From IMG/VR virus record IMGVR_UViG_3300025715_000026, positions 2,428 through 66,427 of that record: a DNA stretch of 64,000 nucleotides; one strand, given 5' to 3'. The position numbers and the translations under genes are program-made. The DNA comes from a virus (lineage: Duplodnaviria > Caudoviricetes). Under the pieces are notes generated by a model. It was not told where the DNA came from, made no database searches, and saw only the letters and a list, made by a program, of their open reading frames with translations. Shown piece by piece: positions 8,646 to 16,830 of this stretch (position 1 is its first letter; every line of letters begins with the position of its first letter).

Positions 8646-11117
8646 CTAACCGAAAGTGGGCAACTGGGTCGACACGGCCAGGTTGTGCTGGCCGCCGCCG
8701 GAAGATTCCCCCTCGGTCTGAGTTACGGTCAGCGACTGATAGTCGCCGCCGCCCACGTTGGGGGCAAGCCGCCGACCCCGGTCGTCCACAAGCGCCAGGG
8801 CGAAGTAGTAGGTGGTGAGCAGGTTGAGGTTGTCGAGCATCGCAAACGGAATATTCGTCTTGCGATGCCAGTTGTTGGCCCCCGCCAAGAACGCTGCCGC
8901 CCGCGCCGTCAGGTTCGCAACGGAGGTATCCACCAGCCAGCAGTACTGGATGGGGCCGATGTTGTTATCCGCCAGCAGGTCGATGCCGACGTCATCGGTG
9001 ATGAGCTTGGCCATGCCCTTGGTGTTCAGGGTCCAGCCAAGGTTGTTCCCCAGGTCTTTGTTGGAGAGGCCGCCGACCGGGGCTACCGGCGACGTCGAGG
9101 CGTCGCAGTCGCGGGGCCATATCTGCGACAGCGACGTGATCGCCCCGGTCACCCGCCAGACATAGCGGGTGTTGGGGATCGAGCTGACGAACTGGACGCA
9201 GCCGTCCGGGGCCTGAACCTGGGAGTTGAAGGTGCCGATGCTGAACGTGCCCAGCGCCAGGTGGACGACGATGCCCGGCGTCGGCCGGTCCTGGATGGTG
9301 AAGGTGCCGATGGTCATGGACGACTCAAGCTGGAGGCGGTTGCACTGTGGCGTCATGACCAGGTTGGTGGGGTTGAAGCCGGACAGGCGTTCGAAGCCCC
9401 CGGTCAGAACCACGTTGGCCGTGGCCAGGCCGTTTATGACGCCCGAGTTCAGGATGCCGCCGCCTGCGAAGATGGTGCCGGTGCCCAGGCTTATGGTCCC
9501 GGCGTTGGTCAGTACGTTGCGGATGGTCAGCACGGAGCCCGCCGTTATCAGCCCGGCCGTGATGTTCATGTTGAGGCAGTTGAAGGCGGTGGGCAGGGTG
9601 GTGGAGCCGCCGCCGGTAAACTCAACCGTCGGCATCGGCTCATTGAACAGCGTGGCGATGGTAAACGCCCCGGCGGCGGTGAAGCGCAGGGTGCCGACAT
9701 CCGGATACCTGAAAGCCGCGACCTTGTTGTTGACGTTGCCGGAGTCCCAGTTGCGCCCCACGGTCATGAGCGAGCCGGCGGCCATCTGGATCGCTCGGGG
9801 GGAGCTAAGGGCTGCGCGGTTGAAGAAGAAATCGCGCCCGACGTTCACCTGGCCGGCGGCCCCGATGTTCATATAGTAGCCCGGCGACAAGGAGGATTGG
9901 GATATCCAGTCCAGGATCATGTCGGTCCCGACGTTCAGCGTCGAGTTTCCCACCTCTAGGACATACCCCGACTGTCCGGTATTCGGGAAGCCGAACGTCC
10001 CGGTGGTGGTCAGGTTGAAGCCGTTCAGATTGAAGGACACCACCCCGCCATAGGACGAGGAGTCGTCCCCCGCCGAGAAGCTGGCCACGGTGGACGAGCG
10101 GCCGAGCTGGAAGGTGGTCGCCCCCGCGTTCGAGGTGCCGATGGAGAACGGGCAGCCCATAACCGTGGGGAGCTTTATGGTCACCACCCCGGTTTGGCCA
10201 GCGGCCGTCTGCCCCAGCGCGATGCCGTTGACCGACGGGGCGAAGTTGACGGTGGTTGCCGGGTCCATGTCGATGGGCGTCCCCGGCCCGCCGGTGCGGT
10301 ACAGGACGGTCAGGCTGCTCATGTAATTGCCCGACCCGCCGCCGACCGCTATCGAACCGCTGCCCGTCGTAAGGATGTTGTAAACGGAGAACCCGCCGAA
10401 GGCCGCCGCGTTCTGCGACAAGGTCGTGGTCTGCCCCGGCTCGGCCAGGTGGAGGTTGTAGAACGCCTGACTGGTTGCCCCGTAGATGCGCATCGCGCCG
10501 GTGCCGGTCATGCGGAACATGCTGGTGCCGCGATCCACCACGCCGGCCACCCGGAACTCCGCGTCGCGCCGGACCTCGATGGTGCCGCTGCCGAGGGCGC
10601 AGCCGTTGGCGGCCATCGTCACCCGGCAGTACAGGTCGCGCTTGATGACGGCGTTCTGGTTGTTGAACTGCCATGTGCCGGCTACCAGATCCAGGTCGAG
10701 GGTTACGGTCAGCCCGTCCTGGAGCTGGTAGGTCGCCCCGGCCCCGGCGTTGCCAGCGCGGATGCCGTTGATCTCGTTCGCGGCCGTGGTTATCTGGACC
10801 GTGCCGGCCGTGGCCACGAAGTCGAGCTCGGGGTTGGCAGTCCCCTTGACGTATGCTCCGGCCACCAGTTTGCAGGTGAGGCCGTAGACCGTCAGGCTGA
10901 AGGTGTTCATCGTGAGCGTCGCGGCGTACCCGGTCTGGTCGATGGTCAGGCACACCCCGTTGACGTCCATGTTGCAGGCCGGGCTGGCTGCGTCGAAGAA
11001 CACGTCGTCGGCGTTCGTGGGTACGCCCGAGCCGCCAGGGCCGCCGGAGGCGACGTCCCAGTTGCCGGCGTTGTTCCACTTGTCGTCGATGGCACCGACG
11101 AAGTATCTTGAGGCCAT
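8646..11117 (-). CDS. Beta-helix adhesin/spike protein (823 aa)
   Basis: G/T/N/A-rich beta-strand repeats; N-terminal KWNNAGNW...GG...VP...DDVFFD motif shared with the 924-aa protein. Confidence 0.65.
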   Translation of the reverse strand: MASRYFVGAIDDKWNNAGNWDVASGGPGGSGVPTNADDVFFDAASPACNMDVNGVCLTIDQTGYAATLTMNTFSLTVYGLTCKLVAGAYVKGTANPELDFVATAGTVQITTAANEINGIRAGNAGAGATYQLQDGLTVTLDLDLVAGTWQFNNQNAVIKRDLYCRVTMAANGCALGSGTIEVRRDAEFRVAGVVDRGTSMFRMTGTGAMRIYGATSQAFYNLHLAEPGQTTTLSQNAAAFGGFSVYNILTTGSGSIAVGGGSGNYMSSLTVLYRTGGPGTPIDMDPATTVNFAPSVNGIALGQTAAGQTGVVTIKLPTVMGCPFSIGTSNAGATTFQLGRSSTVASFSAGDDSSSYGGVVSFNLNGFNLTTTGTFGFPNTGQSGYVLEVGNSTLNVGTDMILDWISQSSLSPGYYMNIGAAGQVNVGRDFFFNRAALSSPRAIQMAAGSLMTVGRNWDSGNVNNKVAAFRYPDVGTLRFTAAGAFTIATLFNEPMPTVEFTGGGSTTLPTAFNCLNMNITAGLITAGSVLTIRNVLTNAGTISLGTGTIFAGGGILNSGVINGLATANVVLTGGFERLSGFNPTNLVMTPQCNRLQLESSMTIGTFTIQDRPTPGIVVHLALGTFSIGTFNSQVQAPDGCVQFVSSIPNTRYVWRVTGAITSLSQIWPRDCDASTSPVAPVGGLSNKDLGNNLGWTLNTKGMAKLITDDVGIDLLADNNIGPIQYCWLVDTSVANLTARAAAFLAGANNWHRKTNIPFAMLDNLNLLTTYYFALALVDDRGRRLAPNVGGGDYQSLTVTQTEGESSGGGQHNLAVSTQLPTFG

Positions 11118-11129
11118 GAATCCAGTCTC

Positions 11130-11759
11130 CTACGGCACCAGGTGAAGCTGCCAGTTGGCAACCTGCGCGTCGACGCCTGGGAAGCCAAAGGCGGTGTCGG
11201 CCAACTGCGGCTGGCTCGCGTTGGGGAAGTCCTCGATCTTGACCGAGACCTGCACCCCGTAACACACGGCGGTGGTGACGAACCCGTTGAGCAGCGAGGA
11301 CAGGAAGGACGTGATCTGGAAGTTGCCGAAGTTCCCACCGACCACTGCGGCGGTGGATGCGAAGTTGACAACATTTTGTCTCACCAGGCTCTTGGCGATG
11401 CCGTTGGCCGTGTTCCAGGTTTCGACCGCCGGGTTGAAGTCGGCATTGATCGTGTGCAGGTAGTAGTAGCCGGACGCCGCGCAAGGAACGGTGGTGGGGG
11501 TGGTTTGGAGGGTGAAGTCGCTATTGCGGCAGACCAGCCCCCGGATCCTGGTGCCGATGGGCAGGGTGGCGGCCAGCTTAAGCAGGAACCGCACCTCCTC
11601 CTGGGGGGTGCCAGGCACCGCAGCGTCCTTGTAGAGGGTGCCACGCTGGTTGTTGTAGTTGACGGCCGGCGCTCCCAGGCGAATGGAGCACCAGCTCGCG
11701 AACGTGACCGGTGTGGGATAGTATGGCGGCGGCAACCACCCGCTCGGCGCAGCACCCAT
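11130..11759 (-). CDS. Beta-rich virion accessory protein (209 aa)
   Basis: In spike cluster; RBS upstream; no family recognised. Confidence 0.55.
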   Translation of the reverse strand: MGAAPSGWLPPPYYPTPVTFASWCSIRLGAPAVNYNNQRGTLYKDAAVPGTPQEEVRFLLKLAATLPIGTRIRGLVCRNSDFTLQTTPTTVPCAASGYYYLHTINADFNPAVETWNTANGIAKSLVRQNVVNFASTAAVVGGNFGNFQITSFLSSLLNGFVTTAVCYGVQVSVKIEDFPNASQPQLADTAFGFPGVDAQVANWQLHLVP

Positions 11760-11771
11760 CTCGTCGCCCTC

Positions 11772-12632
11772 CTATGGCGTAATGACCCGCACGCTGCTTC
11801 CGCCGGTTGCCCAGCTTGGCGCGACGGGCCAGGGGTCGTAGCAGCCGGCGTAAATGCGCGTGTTCGGGCCGGTGCGCATCCGGCGATTACCCTGCAGGGT
11901 CGTGCGGATGATGGCGCTGCCGGGCACGTAGCACTTGCTGTCGGGGTTGAGCTGGAAATTGCCGCCAGCGTAGTTGACGAAGGAGATGTCGGCCAGCTGC
12001 ATCCGCGTCAAGGACAACGCCCCGGCCGCCGTGCCGTCGTCCGAGAAATTCCAGCAGCAGTATTGGGCGAAGCTGTTGAGGAATCCCTGGTTGTTGCAGT
12101 TGTACGCCAGGCACGCCTTGAAGTCGCCGTTGTTGGTGTTGCCGCTCAGACCGGAGGCGGTCATGTTGACCACGGTCACGTGGCGCATGATGACCTGCCC
12201 CGGACACGAGGGCTGGAGGCCGATGCTGGAGTCGCGGATCAGCAGGTTGTCGGCGTACTGCCCGAGCAGCGCCCGCTTGCCGGCGGTGAAGATCTCGCAG
12301 CGGCTGATCCAGTCCTCGGCCACGTTGCACTGGATGACGTTCGCGTTGCCCGATCCGACGTTCGAGACCTTGAAGTTCTCGACGATCATGCCGCCGGTGC
12401 CGGTGCTCTGGATGGCGGGGGCGGCCCCGCCGCCGGCCCCGGAGATGGTGATGGCCTGGGGCGTGTCGCCGCCGCCCACCAGGCGGATGCGCTTGTTGTT
12501 GATGAGCACGGCCTCGGGGTAGACGTTGCCCACATTGGGGTTGGCCCGGACCGTGCCGCCCGAGGGCGCGGCGTTGACCGCCGCCTGGATGGTCGAGTAT
12601 GGAAACCCGGTGCCGACATCTAGGAGAGCCAT
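11772..12632 (-). CDS. Right-handed parallel beta-helix (pectin-lyase-like) protein, possible depolymerase
   Basis: N-terminal YSTIQAAVNAA...G.V...Y.E.V.I....LVG is the typical beta-helix cap; Asn/Cys ladders. Confidence 0.75.
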   Translation of the reverse strand: MALLDVGTGFPYSTIQAAVNAAPSGGTVRANPNVGNVYPEAVLINNKRIRLVGGGDTPQAITISGAGGGAAPAIQSTGTGGMIVENFKVSNVGSGNANVIQCNVAEDWISRCEIFTAGKRALLGQYADNLLIRDSSIGLQPSCPGQVIMRHVTVVNMTASGLSGNTNNGDFKACLAYNCNNQGFLNSFAQYCCWNFSDDGTAAGALSLTRMQLADISFVNYAGGNFQLNPDSKCYVPGSAIIRTTLQGNRRMRTGPNTRIYAGCYDPWPVAPSWATGGSSVRVITP

Positions 12633-13168
12633 TGAACGGCCTCCTCAACGGTTGCGACCTTCTTGTAATCGGCCAGCTTGCCGGCGACGTCGTTGATGCG
12701 CAGCGCCCACAGGGGCCGGGAGCTGTCGTCGCCCCACCCCTGCATCAGGATGCCGTCGCCGTCGCGCACCGATCCCCACATCTCGTCCTCGGTGTCATAG
12801 GTGGCCCCGGTGCGGACGTTGACGAAGCGGGTGGGGATGATGCCCTCGGACTCCGGGCACATGACCAGGGCGGCGTCGTTGTAGATGTTGGCCTCCCCCG
12901 AGTAGTCCAGGGCCTCCGCGAGCTTGAAGAGCCGGAGCTGGAGGGGGCGAACGCTGAGCGGCACGCCCTCGGCGACGGTCAACCCCGCCGGGAGGATGAG
13001 CTTATCCGGCAGGGGCTGACCGATGATCTCGCCGTTGGGCAGCCGCAGGGCGTCGGTGCGGATGATGGTGTGGCGCTGCGGGTCGAGCTCGGCCCATCCC
13101 CAGGTCCAGCCGGTGGGCATGTCGACCAGGAAGTAGCCGGTGACGGCGTCGAAGAGGTAGTCGCGCAC
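12620..13168 (-). CDS. Hypothetical protein (182 aa)
   Basis: GTG start behind AGGAGG; overlaps next gene. Confidence 0.6.
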   Translation of the reverse strand: MRDYLFDAVTGYFLVDMPTGWTWGWAELDPQRHTIIRTDALRLPNGEIIGQPLPDKLILPAGLTVAEGVPLSVRPLQLRLFKLAEALDYSGEANIYNDAALVMCPESEGIIPTRFVNVRTGATYDTEDEMWGSVRDGDGILMQGWGDDSSRPLWALRINDVAGKLADYKKVATVEEAVQWLS

Positions 13169-13212
13169 TTACGCGCCTCCTAAAACTGCCTCCCGTCGCC
13201 CCGGCAGGGCGG

Positions 13213-13692
13213 TCAGGTGGCGAACTGGGAAACCGAGACGACCGTGCCCGCCGCGTTGCTGATGGCGTAAATCCGCACGATCTCCCGCATGGGAAATGAC
13301 CGAGAGCTCAGGGGCGGGATCTTCTCTCCCAGGTTAACCCTGGCCGTCGAATCCGGGCCGATCCAGACGTCGTTGGTGGCGTGGGTGTTGGTGATGACCA
13401 CCGACCGGCGGTTGCGGCGGAAGGGCTCGTCGACGAGGATGGCGGTGGTCGTGCCCAGCAGGTAGCTGTTTACCTGCCACGCCCCGAACGGAACCTCGGC
13501 GACGGGCAGGCCGCCGAGGATGGCCCGGAGGACGTCCTGGGCCTGGCCGCCGGGGAACGCCAGGTCGCCGCCCTCCACCAGGGGGTTCGGCGGCCGGCGC
13601 AGGGAGCCCGGCAGGATGGCGTCGAGGGGGAGGTCGCCCATCCCTCGCGGCATCCCGCCGAGCATCTGCAGCTCGTTGGGCCTAGCCGACAT
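13213..13692 (-). CDS. Putative penton/vertex minor capsid protein (C-terminal single jelly-roll-like domain)
   Basis: C-terminal ~85 aa with RRSVVITN..NDVWIG...GEKIPP.SS..F...IYAIS..GT.VSV pattern of small vertex jelly rolls; immediately follows the capsid genes; fold is inference. Confidence 0.5.
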   Translation of the reverse strand: MSARPNELQMLGGMPRGMGDLPLDAILPGSLRRPPNPLVEGGDLAFPGGQAQDVLRAILGGLPVAEVPFGAWQVNSYLLGTTTAILVDEPFRRNRRSVVITNTHATNDVWIGPDSTARVNLGEKIPPLSSRSFPMREIVRIYAISNAAGTVVSVSQFAT

Positions 13693-14641
13693 AGATCATT
13701 CTCCCCGCCAGGGTCAGGTAAACCGTGTTGGGGGCCGCGCTCAGGTCGACGAACTCCAGCCGGAGCTGGGTGTTGGGCTGCCAGACGACCGGCTCGGGCA
13801 AGATGAGCGGCAGCGGGCCAGCGCCGGTGCCGGCATTGACGTGGATCCAGTCGTTGGAGAGGACGCGGCCGTTGCGCGAGTCGATGATCCGGTAACGGAA
13901 CGCGCCGGTCGAGACGGCGGCGATCTTGGCCACCTCGAAATGCCCGGTGGTCGGGATGCGGATGAAGGCCAGGCCGGTGCCGCCGGCCAGGAGGGCCAGG
14001 TCGCCGGCAGCGTTGGCCGGGCTGCAGTTGTCCAGGGTCATCCAGAACGGGGTCGACAGGCGGGCGCGGGCGTTGCGCTTCTCGATGGCGACGGCCATCT
14101 CCTCGGACGGGTTGGCGTACCCGTAGAAGCGCCGGCCGATCACCGTGGGCCAGACCGTGTTGCCGGCCGCGCCGTCGATGAGGGTCATGAAGAGGGACCG
14201 AGTGGCCTCGATCCACAGCGTTTCATGCATCAGGTGCGGCAGCATTCCCGCCTGCACCGGGCCGGCTCCCGTTATCTTCCGGCCGAAGATCGTGTCGATG
14301 TGGGTCTGGCGGTTGGTCAGGTTCAGCTTCGACCCCTCGTCGAAGATGTTGACCCACAGCAGGGTGTTGTTGAGGCGCTCGTGGGTCAGGTACATGGCCT
14401 CGAACGGGCCGTCCTGGCTGACCGAGCAAGGCAGCGGGCCGCTGGACGCGCCGGCCGCCACGACCACCGGGTTGTTGGGGGCATCCGGGGTCAGGAAGAA
14501 GCTCTGAGTGTCGAGCTTCCGGGGGTTGATGATGAGCTTGCCGGCGGCATTGCGAGCGAAAGTGTCGATGCGTTCCACGAAGGTCTCCTTCCCGTCACCT
14601 AACCCGAGCGACGTAAGAGCTATGTCGCGTCTCCCCGGCAT
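13682..14641 (-). CDS. Putative double jelly-roll capsid protein (319 aa, two tandem repeats)
   Basis: Internal duplication: G.FE / I.D / L.N...H / LP....E / NTV..T..GR..Y in both halves; beta-rich. Confidence 0.55.
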   Translation of the reverse strand: MPGRRDIALTSLGLGDGKETFVERIDTFARNAAGKLIINPRKLDTQSFFLTPDAPNNPVVVAAGASSGPLPCSVSQDGPFEAMYLTHERLNNTLLWVNIFDEGSKLNLTNRQTHIDTIFGRKITGAGPVQAGMLPHLMHETLWIEATRSLFMTLIDGAAGNTVWPTVIGRRFYGYANPSEEMAVAIEKRNARARLSTPFWMTLDNCSPANAAGDLALLAGGTGLAFIRIPTTGHFEVAKIAAVSTGAFRYRIIDSRNGRVLSNDWIHVNAGTGAGPLPLILPEPVVWQPNTQLRLEFVDLSAAPNTVYLTLAGRMIYVG

Positions 14642-14669
14642 AGGGGGCGGGCCTGTCGGCCCGCCCCCT
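14642..14669 (-). terminator. Perfect 12-bp GC hairpin after the 196-aa capsid gene
   Basis: AGGGGGCGGGCC-TGTC-GGCCCGCCCCCT; weak U-tract. Confidence 0.5.
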
Positions 14670-14694
14670 TCCCGAGTTCAGGCACCGACCTGGA

Positions 14695-15285
14695 CTACAG
14701 GCCGATGTACAGCGTCCCGACCATGTAGGCCCGGACCATCGTCACCGCGCTGAGGGTGATGGCACCGCTGGGCCAGAAGAGCCGGACCTGGAAGGTCTCG
14801 GTCGCCTTGATCGGGTACGGGCTGCCGTCCGGCTGGACGAAGGGGTAGTATTCCCGAACGCTCGGGGACCCGTTCGCCAGGTTCGGGCTGGCCGCCGCGC
14901 CGGAGCCCACGCCCTGGAGCGAGGTGCCCTGCGGGACGCGGCTCAGCGGGACCTGGAGCCAGATCCGCTGGGTGCCGAAGCTGAACTCGAACACCCCGCG
15001 AGTGTACAGCAGGATGTGGTCGGCCACGACGGTCCCGATCTGGACTTCCAGCTGGAAGCCGTGGAGATCGAACATCTGCGGGTTGGCCAGCTGGCCAGCC
15101 TGCGAGAGGTTCGTGTCGGCCTCGGTCTTCCGGACCGCCGACGCGTTCAGCTGCCCGATGGGAACCTGGAACAGCCGCAGCTGGTTGGTGGCCGCCGCCA
15201 GGATGTTGTCCGTGTCGTACAGGGGGTTCCGGAGGGCACGGACGTACCCTGCCGGGGCCGGCTTGGAGACGACTACTGACCTCAT
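14695..15285 (-). CDS. Putative major capsid protein (single jelly roll, 196 aa)
   Basis: Very strong RBS (AAGGAGGAAGG); beta-rich with PLYD, LFQVPIGQ, KTEADTN and terminal VRAYMVGTLY strand; centre of structural operon; two paralogs at 59-60 kb. Confidence 0.6.
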   Translation of the reverse strand: MRSVVVSKPAPAGYVRALRNPLYDTDNILAAATNQLRLFQVPIGQLNASAVRKTEADTNLSQAGQLANPQMFDLHGFQLEVQIGTVVADHILLYTRGVFEFSFGTQRIWLQVPLSRVPQGTSLQGVGSGAAASPNLANGSPSVREYYPFVQPDGSPYPIKATETFQVRLFWPSGAITLSAVTMVRAYMVGTLYIGL

Positions 15286-15355
15286 CTGCCTTCCTCCTTC
15301 TGAGCCGGCGAGCGCCGGCCTCAGTGAGCTTGCCCCTTTCCGCCCAGGGGCGTTG

Positions 15356-15383
15356 CGGGGGGCCGGGCCATCCCGGCCCCCCG
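15356..15383 (-). promoter_or_regulatory. Perfect 12-bp GC hairpin upstream of the 196-aa capsid gene
   Basis: CGGGGGGCCGGG-CCAT-CCCGGCCCCCCG. Confidence 0.5.
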
Positions 15384-15397
15384 TATGCGGATCTTGC

Positions 15398-16417
15398 TCA
15401 GATCACCTGCGCCGAGGGGACGTCGGCCATGCCGGGCTGGAGGTAGTCCGACATTCCGGGCTGGAGGTAGTCGCCCACCCCCGGCTCCATGAAGTCGGCG
15501 GTCCCGGCGGGCAGCATGTCGCGCAGCCCCTGCCGGGCCAGCTCGGCCTCGACCGCCTTGTCCACGGCCGCCTCGACCTGCGAGGGGAGGGCACCCATGC
15601 CGCTCACGCCCACGGCGGTGGCGACCTTGCTGGTCAGCGAACCGGCCGGAGCGGTGGCCGCCTGCTTCTTCAGCAGGTCCAGCACCAGCGTGTTGACCGT
15701 GAAGGCCACGCCGCCGATGAGGAAGTTCTTGGCCAGGCGCTTCTTGCCGAACCAGCCGGCCGCGCCGGAGGCCACCGCAGCGGCGGCCAGGTTGACCAGG
15801 TACTTGCCCCACCCGGTCTTCAGGATCTCCGGGGTCACCTTGGCCACCGGACCCCAGTTCATGACCACGTTCGGCAGGGCCACGGAGAGCAGCCCGCCGC
15901 CGGTCACCTCGGCCGCCTCGATGAAGGTGTCGACCTTCAGCAGCTCCTTGAAGGACTCCTTGAAGCTCGCCATGCCCTTCTTGGCGAAGGTGCCGGCGTT
16001 GGCCGCGAAGGAGTAGCGCTTGCCATACTTCCGGCTGGCACCCCTGGTGCCGAGGCGCGAGAAGTAGCGGTGGACCGAGGTGCCCGCAGCCGCCACGGTG
16101 ATCTTCTTGCTCGGACGAGCCTTGAAGATCTTGCTGGCGGTCTTCTTGGCGGCGGCCTTGAAGGAGCGCTTCACCCCGCGCTTGCTGCTGCCCTTTCTCT
16201 TCCAGAGCTTGGCGGCGGCCTTCATGGACTTGCCAGCCTTCATCTGCTTCCCGACGAACCTCGCGTAAGCGGAAACCTTCCTTGCCATCTTCCTTCCCTT
16301 TCTGTTCAAGCTTGGCCGACCCCCCGTAGATGGCCAGCCGGCGAGCGCCTCCAGCTCCTGGCGGGAGAGCTTCACCGGCCTGATGGGCGGGTTCAGCACG
16401 ATTGCTTCGACTGCCAT
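15398..16417 (-). CDS. Virion protein with basic N-terminus, hydrophobic middle and acidic repeated C-terminus (339 aa)
   Basis: K/R-rich first third, TM-like helices, SGMG motif, three D-x3-PG repeats; directly upstream of the capsid gene. Confidence 0.65.
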   Translation of the reverse strand: MAVEAIVLNPPIRPVKLSRQELEALAGWPSTGGRPSLNRKGRKMARKVSAYARFVGKQMKAGKSMKAAAKLWKRKGSSKRGVKRSFKAAAKKTASKIFKARPSKKITVAAAGTSVHRYFSRLGTRGASRKYGKRYSFAANAGTFAKKGMASFKESFKELLKVDTFIEAAEVTGGGLLSVALPNVVMNWGPVAKVTPEILKTGWGKYLVNLAAAAVASGAAGWFGKKRLAKNFLIGGVAFTVNTLVLDLLKKQAATAPAGSLTSKVATAVGVSGMGALPSQVEAAVDKAVEAELARQGLRDMLPAGTADFMEPGVGDYLQPGMSDYLQPGMADVPSAQVI

Positions 16418-16428
16418 GCGAAACCTCC

Positions 16429-16478
16429 GAAAGAAAAAGCCCCAAGCAAGCCGCCCTTCGGCAGCCGGCTTGGGGCTA
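16429..16478 (-). terminator. Intrinsic-terminator-like hairpin plus U-tract in the capsid-operon leader
   Basis: Minus strand AGCCCCAAGC...GCTTGGGGCT then TTTTTCTTT, ending just before the GGAGG RBS. Confidence 0.65.
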
Positions 16479-16537
16479 CAAGGCCCCTACGAGATGTCTG
16501 CAGGGCGGTCAGCCCCGCGCTCATGGTTTCCGGGGAT

Positions 16538-16574
16538 ACTCTAGCAATCGAACATCCCCTTGTCCAGCCCAATT
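16538..16574 (-). promoter_or_regulatory. Left-arm promoter P3 (capsid operon)
   Basis: AATTGGGC-TGGACA-N17-TAGAGT; 17-bp block identical to 26850-26866. Confidence 0.65.
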
Positions 16575-16613
16575 ATTCGGCTTTTCAACCTCCCTTCACG
16601 CCTGGGCCAACCG

Positions 16614-16685
16614 CTATCCGTGGATCCACGCCTCGCCGTCCGGGCCTGCCTTGACGGCGTGCGTTGTTGGTGTCATACGGGTGCA
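16614..16685 (-). pseudogene. Displaced original 3' end of the 452-aa virion gene (includes the predicted TnpB guide)
   Basis: Reads (V)HPYDT then, after a ~50-nt deletion, THAVKAGPDGEAWIHG* versus VHPYSQ...THGVRAGADGEAWIHG* in the intact gene. Confidence 0.85.
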
Positions 16686-16830
16686 TCGTTCTCCAGGACT
16701 TATGCATTGTCAGGCTCCTGCCAGCGCAATGCTGCCTGGTTCCTGCTTCATCGCCAAGCTGCTTATGGCTCTGCAGGCGTTTTGCGTCTCCGCCGAACTG
16801 GCGGCGACAAGGATGTTAATGGCCGCATTG
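16666..16830 (-). ncRNA. Predicted TnpB omegaRNA (scaffold overlapping tnpB 3' end; guide starting about 16685)
   Basis: TnpB omegaRNAs derive from the element right end and use the flank as guide (established); right-end-like GCATAAGTCCTGGAGAACG at 16687-16705; boundaries approximate. Confidence 0.55.
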
